DNA of 64,000 bases from Leucoraja erinacea (lineage: Eukaryota): assembly GCF_028641065.1 (NCBI RefSeq), contig NC_073393.1:16120001-16184000 (forward strand), read 5' to 3'. How positions within the stretch are numbered: position 1 is the stretch's first letter; every line of letters begins with the position of its first letter. The notes under the pieces are model-generated. The model saw only the letters and a program-made list of their open reading frames with translations. It had not been told where the DNA came from and did not search any database. The translations under genes were made by a program, and so were the position numbers. This document shows positions 1 to 12,087 of the stretch, piece after piece.

Positions 1-1210
1 ATTATTAAAAGTCTGATCTTGACCACTTCCTGTTGTTCTATATATTGATTTTTAGAAAAAACGCTGCCACTGATGGCTGTGATTTTTGGCCATCTTACTT
101 AGAGTCCCCTTCCGCTGTGCAGGATAAGAGGATTTTCCCCATGATTAAAAATAAAAGAGTTATTAGTGTTTTTAAAATGTTGAGATTCTCTCTCCTGAAG
201 GGACTATAAAACCCGGAAGTGTTGAGTGCCTCAGTCAGTCTCTGCAAGATGGGGGCGCGAGAGGGTAATGTCTCTCAATCTGAGCTGTAAATAACACTGA
301 ACACATGTCTACTAAACTGTGAGTGGTTTTACTGACCTGTCAGTGCCCTTAATGTGGTTTGAAAATATAGTTTGAAATGCTCAATCTGTGCTGCCTTTGG
401 TTTGGAAATGCTAAAGCTGTGTTGCCTTATTAAAGTTGCCTTGCCTAATTAAAGTTGCATAATTAAAGTTGCCTTGCCTAATTAAAGTTGCATAATTAAA
501 GTTGCCTTGTCTAATTAAAGCTGCCTTGCCTAATTAAAGTTGCCTTGCCTAATTAAAGTTGCCTTGCCCAATTAAAGTTGCCTTGCCTTCAATATAATAC
601 ATGTCTAATCTTGACCACTTCCCGTTTACGCTTTGTATTGATTTTAGAAACAACGCTACCATGTACGGCTGTGATCTTTGGACATCTTACTCAGAGTACC
701 CCTCCACGCATCAGGTGCCAAGGATTTTTCCCATCGATGAAAAATAAAAGAGTTATTATTAGTGTTTTAAAAAATGTTCATATTCTCTCTCCTGTTAATT
801 ACGCCATGAAGGCCCCGCCCCTTCTGGTGGGAGGGACTATAAAACCCAGAAGTGTGGGCGTGGCTCAGTCTCTGCAAGATGTTGGAGAGGTGACGACTGC
901 TGTCTTTAGTGGCCTTGCACCCTGCTTGAAATGGTATGAAACTGCACTTGAATTTGATGGCCTTGCACCCTGCTTGAAATGGAATTTCAAGGAATAGCAG
1001 TGAGTCAACTGCCAGCCCACCAGCCGTGAGTGAGTGAGCTGCCAGCACAACAGGCATGTGTGACTGAGCCGCCAGCCCAAGAATCCATTCGGTCCACTGT
1101 GTCCATACTAGCCCTCTGGAAACCAGTCCCTTCAGACCACAACACCATACTAGCGCTCCAGAAAGCCCCCCCCCCCCACTGGCCACCAAAATTGGTATTG
1201 GTTGAGAGGT
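1..1210. mobile_element. Two adjacent related non-autonomous repeat copies (1-~587 and ~588-1210), possibly Helitron-type
   Basis: 1-190 and 600-795 share collinear blocks: ATCTTGACCACTTCC, GATTTT(T)AGAAA, GGCTGTGAT-TTTGG-CATCTTACT, AAAAATAAAAGAGTTATTA, GGGACTATAAAACCC-GAAGTGT, CTCAGTC...TCTGCAAGAT. No coding capacity. Helitron assignment is inference only. Confidence 0.5.
428..587. repeat. Minisatellite, ~19-nt unit AATTAAAGTTGCCTTGCCT with 14-nt variants
   Basis: About nine consecutive TTAAAG(T/C)TGC cores, read directly. Confidence 0.9.
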
Positions 1211-1535
1211 GGGTTACTTGAAGTTGGAGGTCAATATTCATACCGCTGTAGGGGAAGCTTCCCAAGCGAAATAGTCGGTGCTCTTCCTCCAATTTGCACT
1301 GAGCCCCACTCTGATTGGGATGTTAAAGTGTTTAGTAATGGGAGATCTGGTAGGTTATGCGGAGGTTTATGCTTCGCTACTAAACTGTGGGAAATCGATT
1401 TCCTGTGGTCATTAGGAATAGTCCTTAGCGAAGAGAATTTGCAGATAATTGTCCTGGTCAATCTTGTGGATACTTGATTTTGAAATAAATTATCCAGATT
1501 TGCAGGTATGTGGCCCGCTGCTTGAGTCGGTGGCA
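1211..1535 (-). mobile_element. Penelope-like retroelement fragment (GIY-YIG endonuclease C-terminus)
   Basis: Minus-strand translation EEEHRLFRLGSFPYSGMNID resembles the E..I..L....P.G.N end of Penelope endonucleases. Related sequence recurs at ~14145-14320 and ~59310-59500. Confidence 0.6.
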
Positions 1536-1554
1536 CACGTTCATGGAAATTCAG

Positions 1555-1688
1555 GTGTCAGGGGTTATGGGGAGAAGACAGGATAGTGGAGATAGGAGGG
1601 AGAGATAGATCACCCATGGTTGAATGGCAGAGTAGACTTGATGGGACGAATGGCCTAATTCTATTCCTATCACTTATGACCTTATGAC
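1555..1688 (+). mobile_element. CR1/HER1-type LINE 3' tail
   Basis: GGGGTTATGGGGAGAAG...GAATGGC...GAATGGCCTAATTCT followed by short tandem tail (CTTATGAC)n, like the other LINE ends in the window. Confidence 0.65.
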
Positions 1689-3481
1689 AAGTTAAACTCA
1701 TTCACAAGAGTTAATGTTATTAAACTATTCACAAGAGCAGTAAATTATAATTTCAGATAAGGGGAAATCGAGCTATTGAGAAGCGAGAAGGGAAAGGCAA
1801 ACACGAATAAATTGCTACATCATCCCAAGAGCAAGTGCATACATATGGCCTGTGGCACACTCTGGCATTCACATCATTTCACTATGTCATAGGTGCATCA
1901 GTGGAAAGAATCATAAACAGTTTGCAATTTGTGCACAGTCTTGATATTTATTAAGTTGCATCACCAATCAGTGTGGACGATTTAATTCACACCTTTAGTT
2001 GAATACAGCACAATGGATTTAATGTAAACAAAAATCTGCCTATGTAAGTGACCAAGTGACATACATTTCTGAAGGTCAGTCTGAAGACGGGATCCAATCC
2101 GCGAGGTCGTCTCTCCATTTGCCTCCACAGATTTAGCCTGCCTGCTGATTTCATGCAGTTCAAGATTCCAGCACTTTCAGTCTCTTGTGACACCATATAT
2201 TTTTTCGTAATGAATTATCAGGATCTATTGAAAATCATAATTCATCCAAGACGAATCAATCGTATTTGATTAAATGACATTAGTTTTCCATCTATTTATC
2301 TGATTGATTTCATAATGGGACGTACAGGATGAATACAGTGACAAGTGGGCGCACTGTTTCAGCATCCAGAACACAGTCCGCAGGGAGCTGCATGGACGGT
2401 TACTACACATTACGATATTTGAGACTGCCATTGCTGGGATCTTGAGAAAAACAGCAAAGCGGTGGAGGAACTCAGCAGGCGAGGCAGCATCTGTGGAGGG
2501 AATGGACAGACGACGTGTCAGATTAGAACCCTTCTTCAGAATAGTGTGGATTAAGCTGGAAGATAACTGGGGTGGGACAAAACCGATCCAGTGATAGGTG
2601 GATGCAGATGATGGGTGAAATTGTCATGTCGAGAAGGCGGCAGTTGTATTTCTAAGAAGGGAAGGGTGTGCGTGTGTGTGTCACGGGGTGGGGTGGGGGG
2701 TGGATCTCAGAACACGAGCGCTCAGTCCGCCAAGGTCTGCTGGTACTTCCAGTCACGACATGCTGATGCACGTACTGATTTGCTTTGCTTTTTACGTGGA
2801 ACATATGAAGTTACCAACAGTAATATCTGGGCAAATGGAACCATCCGTGCAGAACTTACATCTTCTGTTCCACTGTAGGTGGCTATGCCACTGACGTCAC
2901 TGAGGCGCTTTGCTCCGCCAGGCTATCATCACATGACTGACTAATACCATTTCATTACAAGTGTATTCATTAGTGGTGCACTTGATTGGTTGATGGGTTT
3001 CTTCGGATTTCCTTCTCTGGTTTGTGTTGACGTTAGAGTATTTCGAAACAAATGAGAGGACAAAGGCTCAGGTGCATTGAAAAAGCATGGAATTTAATGA
3101 AGGGAAAATATATTGGTTGCACAACTGAATAATCGGCGGGTTTTTTAAAAATCAGACATCATTAAGTGACATGTTATCACGAACGGACGTGGCCATAGTT
3201 TCTTCACAAAGCACCAGCGAAATTATTCACATTTGAGAACAGAAGTAAAATAAACAAACACGATTTTTAAAATTTACAACAAATGCAAATTGGCACTTTC
3301 ATCCCTGCTTTCAGAAATGGAAGCGTTGGATGCTTGTTAGATGATGGTCACTTACACCAAAACATTGCCTCAATGCAGGTGAAAACGACCTGCAGCTCCA
3401 ACGATTGTTACCATGGGAGTTAATTAGCTTGGCTGCAATGATCAGAAAGTAGCAATATTTCCGCCTGCAATTATTCACAGT

Positions 3482-3588
3482 CTACAGCTTCGATTCCCAG
3501 CTTCGCTCCTTCATTAAAACATTTCCATCTGCATAAGGTACACGTTTCTCCTTCTGGCTAAATGTTACTGCTGATTGGAGTTGAGTAA
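3482..3588 (-). CDS. Candidate alternative cytoplasmic/terminal exon of IgSF gene A (VTQLQSAVTFSQKEKRVPYADGNVLMKERSWESKL*)
   Basis: TTGCAG acceptor, open in phase 1 like the other gene A exons, own stop. Shares a YAD motif (TATGCAGATG) with the 4408-4553 exon. Confidence 0.3.
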
Positions 3589-4407
3589 CTGCAAGTCGAC
3601 ATGATACAACGTAGAATCTATCATCTTTAGTCTGTGAAAGTAATTTATATCGGCCATTAGTCAATTACCCTCTGGTGGCACAAAGAATACGATTTTGAAA
3701 CAAAATACTACCAGTCTCAAAGAGAATGTATATACATTTCAGGATTCATACTAATCCATGAGACTGCACCAACGTGCAAACAAATATGGAATTGTTATCC
3801 GTCATCTTTAATGATACACGGGCACGGGAATAAAAGTGCTTTACTGCAAGTTGGGGAACTGCTTCTAATGAGTTGAGAAAACAGTAGTTTATTCTAAAAC
3901 TGTATTGCGCGCTACTGCTGGGGTGGATTATTCTGTGTTTTAGTGTTGTTTAGTTGAGTTAGCGATCTTCTAGTGATCTGCCAGTAGCAAATTGTTATCA
4001 GATTTTTTTTGCCATTCTTCATTAATTTTCTTTCCCTAATTTCACTTAGTGTTGATCTTCGGTGCTACTAATCATTCCAGGCCCACAGAACAACATTAGC
4101 TTTCTTCGTTATTGCCGATCATTTGTATGAACGTAAATGGAATCTGCTTTAGGGGGCAGACGAATGGTAGATTTAAAGTAGCAAGCATTTAATATTACGT
4201 ATTAAAAATGCTGATAATGCAAAGTACAATTTTGAGATTCGCTGATAGACAGTTTAACCTATATTCCCATGGGGTAGATTCTACGTTGAACCTGCCTGCA
4301 CAATTGTCAGGAAATCAATGGTCGCTCGGAAATAGAGTTGTTCATATTGTCCTTGGGCTGAAATCATCCAACATTGCGTACTCTACTTATCGAGACCACA
4401 CACAAGA

Positions 4408-7299
4408 TTAGAAGTTGTTCATCCAGAGTTGAACACACGTCTCGGCATCTGCATACAATGGTGTCTGTTCTTGTGCTTCTAGTGCGTGGTGGTGGAAAGA
4501 TTGGTGGAAACAGGGCCGCGACGTGAACGCTCCTTCCTTGACCCCATTGCATACTTGGTAGATTGAAAGTGTTATCACTGCACTCTGCTTAATATCCGTC
4601 GGCTTCGGCACCACTACCGAATTTCGGTGAATTCAGTAACCGATGGAGACAACAAAAATATACGACGATTGAAACATTGACATGGGAAGATGTAAGATTT
4701 ATATCTTGAGATTTATTTTTGTCATTGTTAATGGTCAGTTTTATTCTCAATGGTGTTATTGTTTTACAATCGAATAGCATTTACTGCCCTTGTTTTTTTT
4801 AACCACCATTATGGTTAAGACCGAGAATACCGTAAGATGTGTATCATTCTCACCATTTTGTGTCTTTAATTGGAGCCTTATCAAGATAATGGCCAAAACT
4901 AAAACTGCCAAGCCACCCACTGCGCATCCGATAATTAGGTTTTTATCTGCATCTTATGGATCAAGAGAGAAACAGGGGAAATGTGAACGACATAATATAT
5001 AGAAATATATACACATTTAGGAATTTAGCGATAACATTTGTGATTTTGAAACATTGATCTCTCATTACGAATAAACACGGGTCGTATCTAGCCATTGTCC
5101 CCGTGTTTGAGCAGCTGTATATTTAAATTCTAACCAGGTTGGACATATACACCCGCTCTTGTCTGCAAGTAATTACAATCTTACCTTTTTTGACGGTGTA
5201 GCTAAGAGCTGCTGGCACCTCAAGGGAAACATGATATACCAAGCAGGTGTAAACGGCGTCGCCCCAAGCAAGTTTAATTCCTTCCAAAAAACTGGAAACC
5301 TCATACAATCCTTCTGCGCTTCTATTTTTTACCGTTTCTATTCCGGTCAGAATTTCTTCGTTATTTCTCCGCCAGGAGATTTCTATTTTTTCCGGATAAA
5401 AGCTCGCCGTTTTACACACAAGTTTCCGAGACTGCGATGAAGTTCCTTTAACCGGGATGATTTTCAACGGAGTCGGTGTAGCTTTAACAGAGAGACAAAT
5501 ATATTATGTATTTTGTTTCCTTGGAATGGATGTTCACTCGCTTGTCTCACTTGAGAATTATATCACAATGTTATTATGACGCGTTAACCGCGCTATTGTT
5601 TGAACCGTTTTAAGTTGTCCTATTGTTATAAACTGGTCTCTCGTCGGCAGGAAAGTGACGGGGTAAATTAAAAGCACAAATAATGCGAGTCTATCAACTA
5701 GTGACCCATAAGAAAGGCGCCGCTGCTCTAAATAGGAGTATAAGAGTTAACGCGGGCGAAATTGGTATTAGACATTTGTGTTTCCCTCAAAACGAGGTGA
5801 TTTGTCGAGCTGTTTTAATTTCAGAGATTGCCACGGGAACAAAATGAAATTGTCACAGCTATCTATAATCAAGTGGTTGGGTGCGGCTGAAAACTGGGTC
5901 CTTGCGAGTGTTTGGGCAGTACTGTATTTTAATGCGCGGGGTGAAGGTTTACGAGGGTACAAATTTCATCAGGATAAATGTTTCCCGAACGCGAAGGGAA
6001 TGCTGAATATTTCTCAATCTGGGGAAGTGGCACACTGGAAGTTGAGCGTCGCTAAATAAATCATCACACGCACTGAAGTGGGGGAACTGAACATGCTCCT
6101 TCCCCCATGTTGGAATAACTCAGCGAATCGGCTAGCATCTTTGGAGGTATTGGACGGGTGACATTTCGGGTCGGGACATTTCCTTGGAAAACGTTGTTCC
6201 AGTACTTTTATTTAGCTCCAGGATAAAAACAACTTTCGTTTCTCGCTTGAAAACTACCACACACATCTGCCCAGTATGAACATTTACGAAAATATTCCAT
6301 GCGCAATTTGAAGCCGCGTATCCAAACAGATGCAAATGCAATTCTAACAACATTTCAAAATCAGCACTTTGGATTTAAAGCAGATTCGAATATTATCGCG
6401 ATAATTCTAGACAGTAACACAGAATTGTGTAATATGAATCGACAGGGCTACGTCAACTTTGATGTAAAAATGACCAGGAGAAAAACGAAGAGACAAGCAG
6501 GACAAACTACTTCCCACGCGACGGATTCATCCCGACCGGTTGAATATTCCAGGTATCTACTGGTTTACATGAGTCTTGCACCCTCTGTATCAATATCTTT
6601 CAGCGTTATAAACTGAATTCGGTGTCACATGGCTCTTATTGAGTACCAATATTTTATTTTTCTCGCGATCACTGAGTTTTATCCCCATGGTATGGGGATG
6701 ATAACATGGACTTCCACTGAAAAGGATACTTACCGAATACAGCTAGCAGCGTGCCACTTCCATTTCCGAGAGGTTGTTGCTGCTGTTTGATATGACAATA
6801 ATATTTCCCGGAGTCTGCGATATTCACATTCAGCAGAGTGAACGAACCGCTGCCCTTGTTTATATTAAATTGCTTTCTGCTGTCTGGCCGTATAAATGCA
6901 TTCTCGCTCTCTCTCCACCAGTAGACATCAGGAATAACTTGTAATATGTGATATTTGCAGAAAATTGAAACATTTCCACCTACGGCTTCATGCAAAACAA
7001 TCGGGAATTGGTCCACTTTGCTTGACGTTACTCTGGCGCCTGCCCCCCAAAATAAGGAAGATCATGGGCAGCAGTTGGTTAAGGTGATAACATGCAAAAA
7101 CAAAGCACAAGAGACATAAAATACAGAAATAAAATTACGATCCAGCATACGTCGAATTCGACAGGGATTACAATCAAGTATGTCGTGCCTGATTAAGGTG
7201 AACATTTCCAAATTAAGATTTTGTATTCAGGAAAATAAGCGTACCTTGCCAAACTATACTCAAGAAAGCCATGCAGCTAACTGCAACCTCCGCAGACAT
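4408..7299 (-). CDS. IgSF receptor gene A: leader + VJ-type V domain + C1-set domain + TM + cytoplasmic tail (~300 aa; SIRP/NKp30/VJ-C1-like)
   Basis: Phase-1 exons with GT/AG ends. Leader 7299-7245 (MSAEVAVSCMAFLSIVWQ). V 7039-6734 (FC..YWWR..DSGKYYC..GNGSGTLLAV). C1 5481-5185 (LVCKTASFYP..ISW..YTCLVYHVSL). TM 4952-4854 (NLIIGCAVGGLAVLVLAIILIR). Provisional tail 4553-4408. Joined length 903 nt with no internal stop. Confidence 0.85.
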
Positions 7300-7660
7300 A
7301 CTACAGAGAGAGGGTTTACCACGGCAAAAGAAAATGGTGTCCTCAAAGTGTGTTCAATAATTAAAATTTCATTACTGTATGTATAAAGCATGCGTTGCCC
7401 ACAACGGACATCACATGACAGTGCAATAGATTTCACTACATTTCTGCTTGGTCGATATAAGATGTCAGGGTTAGGTCTCCTCCCACCGCCAATTGGGTTT
7501 TTTTTCCATTTTTCCGGGAACTGCGTTCAAAAATCTAACTTACCCCATTTAATCACTCGTTCGCCATCTTCTCGATTCTGAACATATGATACGAGCTAGA
7601 GCTATGGACCAGCCTTCAACACATAACTGAAAGGACGGTCCATAGAGGAGCAGGGATAGT

Positions 7661-7670
7661 GGGGATTTCC
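7661..7670. promoter_or_regulatory. Putative NF-kB site upstream of gene A
   Basis: GGGGATTTCC matches the GGGRNNYYCC consensus, ~360 bp 5' of the gene A ATG. Motif match only. Confidence 0.3.
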
Positions 7671-8105
7671 AAGCATTCCTCTCGGTGTACACTTGGGGAT
7701 ACAAGTTTCTAGTTTATTTCATCTTCTTTCACCTCTGGGAACGTGAAAGCCTTTAGGCAAATCATTCACTTCACTCCAAGTTAAAAACAAAGAAGCGGGG
7801 CCAGTCGGGCTTTTCACCCGAAGAAAAGGTGAAGGTCTCTCCCCCTTCAATGAGCTCTGTAATGTAACTCGATGAAAATGATAAGTTTGCTACTGTTTTT
7901 TTTCTGTTGAGTTTAATTGTGTTGCTTGATATTATCAAATGTTAAATAGTCAACAGATAGAATCAAAAGTATAAAGCTATACCGCACAGAATCTAGCTAC
8001 TTGGGCCCAACTCGGCCATTGCCTAACCAACCTAGTCCCACTTACCTGCCACTTCTATGTCACTCCAAAAACATTCCTGCACAAATATATTTAAATATCA
8101 ATATG

Positions 8106-8137
<32 letters not shown>

Positions 8138-10317
8138 ACGATACCGCTTTCTTTGGCATCTTTTTCCATATCTTCCATGTCGCTCTTCACCTCCGATGTG
8201 GGAAATGGACCATTGTCCCTTTTAAATCTTCATTTTTTCCAATTCTTCACTTAAGACTTGGTCATTAAAAGATGACTGCAGACCTTCTCGGCGAAGCTGC
8301 CATGCAACCTAAGGAGAGGAACAAAAATAAGAACCATCTATGCTGAAAACACTTTCCTGTTATGTGATGCACGCTCGAAGGACCGAATGGCCTAACCCTG
8401 CACCTATGTTTCTATGTTTCTATGCTGATCATAATGAAGAGAGATTTTAGGGATCATGCCGCAAATTATTTTTTGAAAAGCATAATGAAGACGCTAACAG
8501 AAAGATGTGAGAATCAATGCAGATAAATCGCTCCCTTAGGATTCGGCAGATGGTTGCCTCAGTGACAGCGCTTCTGTTAACTGAAGGGTTATGACGTGTT
8601 GCCCCATTCCAAGGACCTCAATATTGATATTGCCGATATTGTATTCAAGAATGGAAGATTTGCTGTGCTTCCATAAGTTTGTCAAAATCGTCAATATTGC
8701 GGCTTAATAATAACAAATATTTATATTCCCGCCAACATCGAGATGAATTGATGACTGACGCGGTGATATTCGTCAGTTAAGCACGAAGCCTTCCCATTAC
8801 GTTAATGGCGAGATTAAGTACATCCATGACCAATCTAATTGTCAATAAACACGCCGAGGAACTCGAGGACTTTCCCCAAGGACTTTCAATCTTTAAACCT
8901 GGATTTTTCTTTCACATTTATATATTTGAAAATGTTTAACTATGTTTTTAAAGTTTATAACTGATTAATCTACGGTTTAAATATGTTGATATATTTTTTA
9001 TTTTAAAGTGCATTAAGAAGAATTGTTTTGCCAGTTTGACCAAATCTGCGGATTGGCTGTCAGAATACTTTTGAATATATAAATTGGGTATTTGGCCAGG
9101 TTTCTAGATCTCCGTTGACAACATCAAGCTGTTACAGTGTGCAATGACTGATTCTCGGCGAATTTCCCAAATGATCTCCGCAGTCTCGCATCGGGAAAAT
9201 TGCTAGAGTTAGTTTTGCTGTGCTCCTCTTAGCAATGTCACTGGCGAGCCCTGTTCTATTGCTGCTAGCCAGAAAATGAACACCAGTGTTTGTTATGGAA
9301 ATGCTGAAGATATTAGAAATAATCTGCATTATTTGCTGCATCTTCTGGGTTAGTGAGATAAACGGGTTAAGAAGCATTCATGACTTCAATATGCAGAAAC
9401 TTTAAATCAGATGCACCCTGACTTGCTGGTAACTTTCAGCATTCGTTTTGTAATGTTTAATCGTTAGCATCTACAGTGTTTTTCTTCCATCATGAAACTG
9501 GCATTCAACTGATTTCGCGATAAGTGGTTCGCATTTTGTTCAAAATAACATGCCCTGGATGGAGGAAACACAGACATTTTCAGAATTAGTTTACCAAGTA
9601 AATTAGTTACATAAAAATTCTTACCCTTTAATTAAGCGTTAAAAGCGATAAAGTGCGAAACTGCAATGTACTTGTTTGTGGCCCGAGAAACCCATAACCG
9701 CAGAGTTTCCATGATGTCGCAAGCAGATTCGAGCATGCAGTTGATTGTTCGTGATGTGCGTCCACTTCTTGTAGCTCGATCTGCAAATAGTTGTGTCCTG
9801 AGTTATTACCTTGAAGTCATGAGCTTTGTTCAGAGTTATGTTTTCATATTAAAGTTGAAAATGATTGTAATTAAGCATTGGTTAGCACGAATCACACATA
9901 GCTAAAAGCTAAAATAAATGCGTCTCCACAGATTACATACCTTCATCAGAATGGAACAATGTACAGCACTACAAAATATGCACGTAATATCGTACAATAG
10001 TTTCCACACATAGTTTCCTTTCACTCTGATATCATTATCGCGCCTCAGTGGTGCTTTACAAGAAACTTTACAATCGGGTTTTGATTCTGAGCCGCTTAAG
10101 TTAAGTTGGGCCCCGTGAGTGAAACTCTGAATACAAAACGTAGGTTTTCAGAAGTACCTGAAATAAGAACAGAAGCAAGAAGCGTTGTCAAAGCAATTTT
10201 AGGGTTAGTGTAAGTCATGGCCCACCGTGGAAAATAAATGAAAGTTGGAGATGCCTGGGAGATTAATTGATGTACATGGTTGAGGCGTTATCCTTCTATA
10301 GGTCTAACATTTAGCTA

Positions 10318-11250
10318 AATCCTGGTCCAAGACTCTCCCACTAGTGGAAACATCCTCTCCACAGTCACTCTATCCAGGTGTTTCACTATTCGGTGAGTTT
10401 CAATGAGGTCCCGTGTCATCCTTCTAAACTCCAGTGAGTGCCCAATGGCTTCAAACGCTCAGCATATGTTAACCTAATCATTCCGGGAATGATTTTCGAA
10501 AACCTCCTCTGGACGCTCTCCGACGCCAACACACCCTTCCTCAGATCTGGTGCGCAAAACTGCTCACAATATTCCAAATACGGTCTGACCAGAGACTTAT
10601 AAGTGTCAGCATTACATCCCTGTTTTTTATTTTTTGTATTCTAGCCCTCTCGAAATAAATGCTAGCATTGCATTCGACTACCGATTCGACTTGCAAATGA
10701 ACTTTTTGGGGGAATGCCGCATCAGCACTCCCAAGTCCATTTGCACCTCCGATTTCTGAATTGATTTAGAAAATACTCCATGCCTTTATTCCTACTACCA
10801 TGCATGTTTTTACACTTTGCCACCCATTTGCCACTTCTCAGTCCACTCTTCCAACCTGTCCATGTCCGTCTGCAGTGTCCCTGCTTTCTCTACACTACCC
10901 GCTCCTCCCTCCGCCTATCTTCGTAGCATCAGCAAACTTGGGTACAAAGCCTTCAATTCCCTCAGCCAAACCATTGACATACATTGCAGAGTGTTGCGGC
11001 CCCAGCACCAAAGGAACACCGCTAATCACGGGTAGCCAACCAGAAAAAACACTCTAGTGTCACTCTTTGCCTTCTGCCATCCAGCCATCCTGCTACCTGT
11101 GCTAGTATCTTTCATCTGATACCATGGAGTCTAATCTTCTTTGGCAGCCTCGCGTGCTGCACTTTATCAAAGTCCTTCTGAAAATCGAGGTAAACAACAT
11201 CCACTGAATCTCCTTGTCTATCCTGCTATTAATTTCCTCAAAGAATCCGA
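10318..11250 (-). mobile_element. Decayed CR1-type LINE RT fragment
   Basis: Minus-strand remnants FFEEINSRIDK..., plus reverse-complement matches to the RT regions of the 16038-17428 and 31322-32500 copies. Confidence 0.75.
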
Positions 11251-11289
11251 ACAGGCTTTTCGGGCAAGATATCTCTTTCACATGCAAAA

Positions 11290-11790
11290 ATGCGTTTTTT
11301 TCTTCTTTGTTGTTTTCAATCTGTTGTTAAATATATGTGTTAGTGTTGTATTAGTTTTGTATTATGTATGGTGTAGGCGGTAGGGAAAACTTTTTTATCT
11401 CTTTCCTCCACGGAGATGCGACATATTTTTCTTATTGTATCTCCGTCCGCACTGCAGCCTAACATCGCTACACAGGCGACCTCTTGCTGGGGATTCAACC
11501 GCGGGAGCTCCAACCGCGGGAGCCAGCGGACTTAACATTATGGAGCTCGCGGTCCCAGGTTAGGGACCGACTTCCTGAACTCCAAACGTCGGCCGCCCCC
11601 ACGCGGGAGCTTCGATCGCTGGCTGCGGGAGCTTGATCGCCCCAACTGCGGATGGTTCGACTGCCCCGACCGTGGAGAAAAGATGACAAGACTTTATTGC
11701 CTTCCATCTTGTTGCTTTTTTGGTATGACTGTATGGCAAAATCAAATTATTTGTATGTGGAAACCATACTTGGTAAATAAATCAATTACG
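11290..11790. repeat. Unclassified interspersed repeat with GC-rich internal CGCGGGAGC repeats
   Basis: Recurring (C)GCGGGAGC / GGAGCT(T)(C)GATCGC units at 11498-11640; abrupt composition change from flanks. Confidence 0.4.
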
Positions 11791-12087
11791 ATTACAATTA
11801 AAATTATGCCGACGTCGGCCTATTGTGTGAGTGTGGCCAGGGTATTGCGGAAATGGTGTGATGATTTTAGCCACCTTCTTGGGGAAGAGCTACATGTGGA
11901 TCTATTCAATTGTTGGGAATGTCAATATGCTCGACGAAATAGTTAATGTCCTACAGTTTCTGCAGACTCGTTCGTTCTTGGATGATGCAACTGGTAAGTA
12001 TGGTTTGCAGTTTACAACTGCAGAAGTTCAGAGACATGCAGAACATTTTGGAAAGCAGTGGCAGGATCGGTCAAGGTCTGTATTTAT

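Noticed and set aside
428-587. Regular short repeats resembling a CRISPR array
   Set aside because: No unique spacers; it is a head-to-tail minisatellite in eukaryotic DNA.
2839-2922. Exon-like segment with a GTAAGT donor on the minus strand downstream of gene A
   Set aside because: Weak acceptor, stops early in phase 1, and no partner exon identified.
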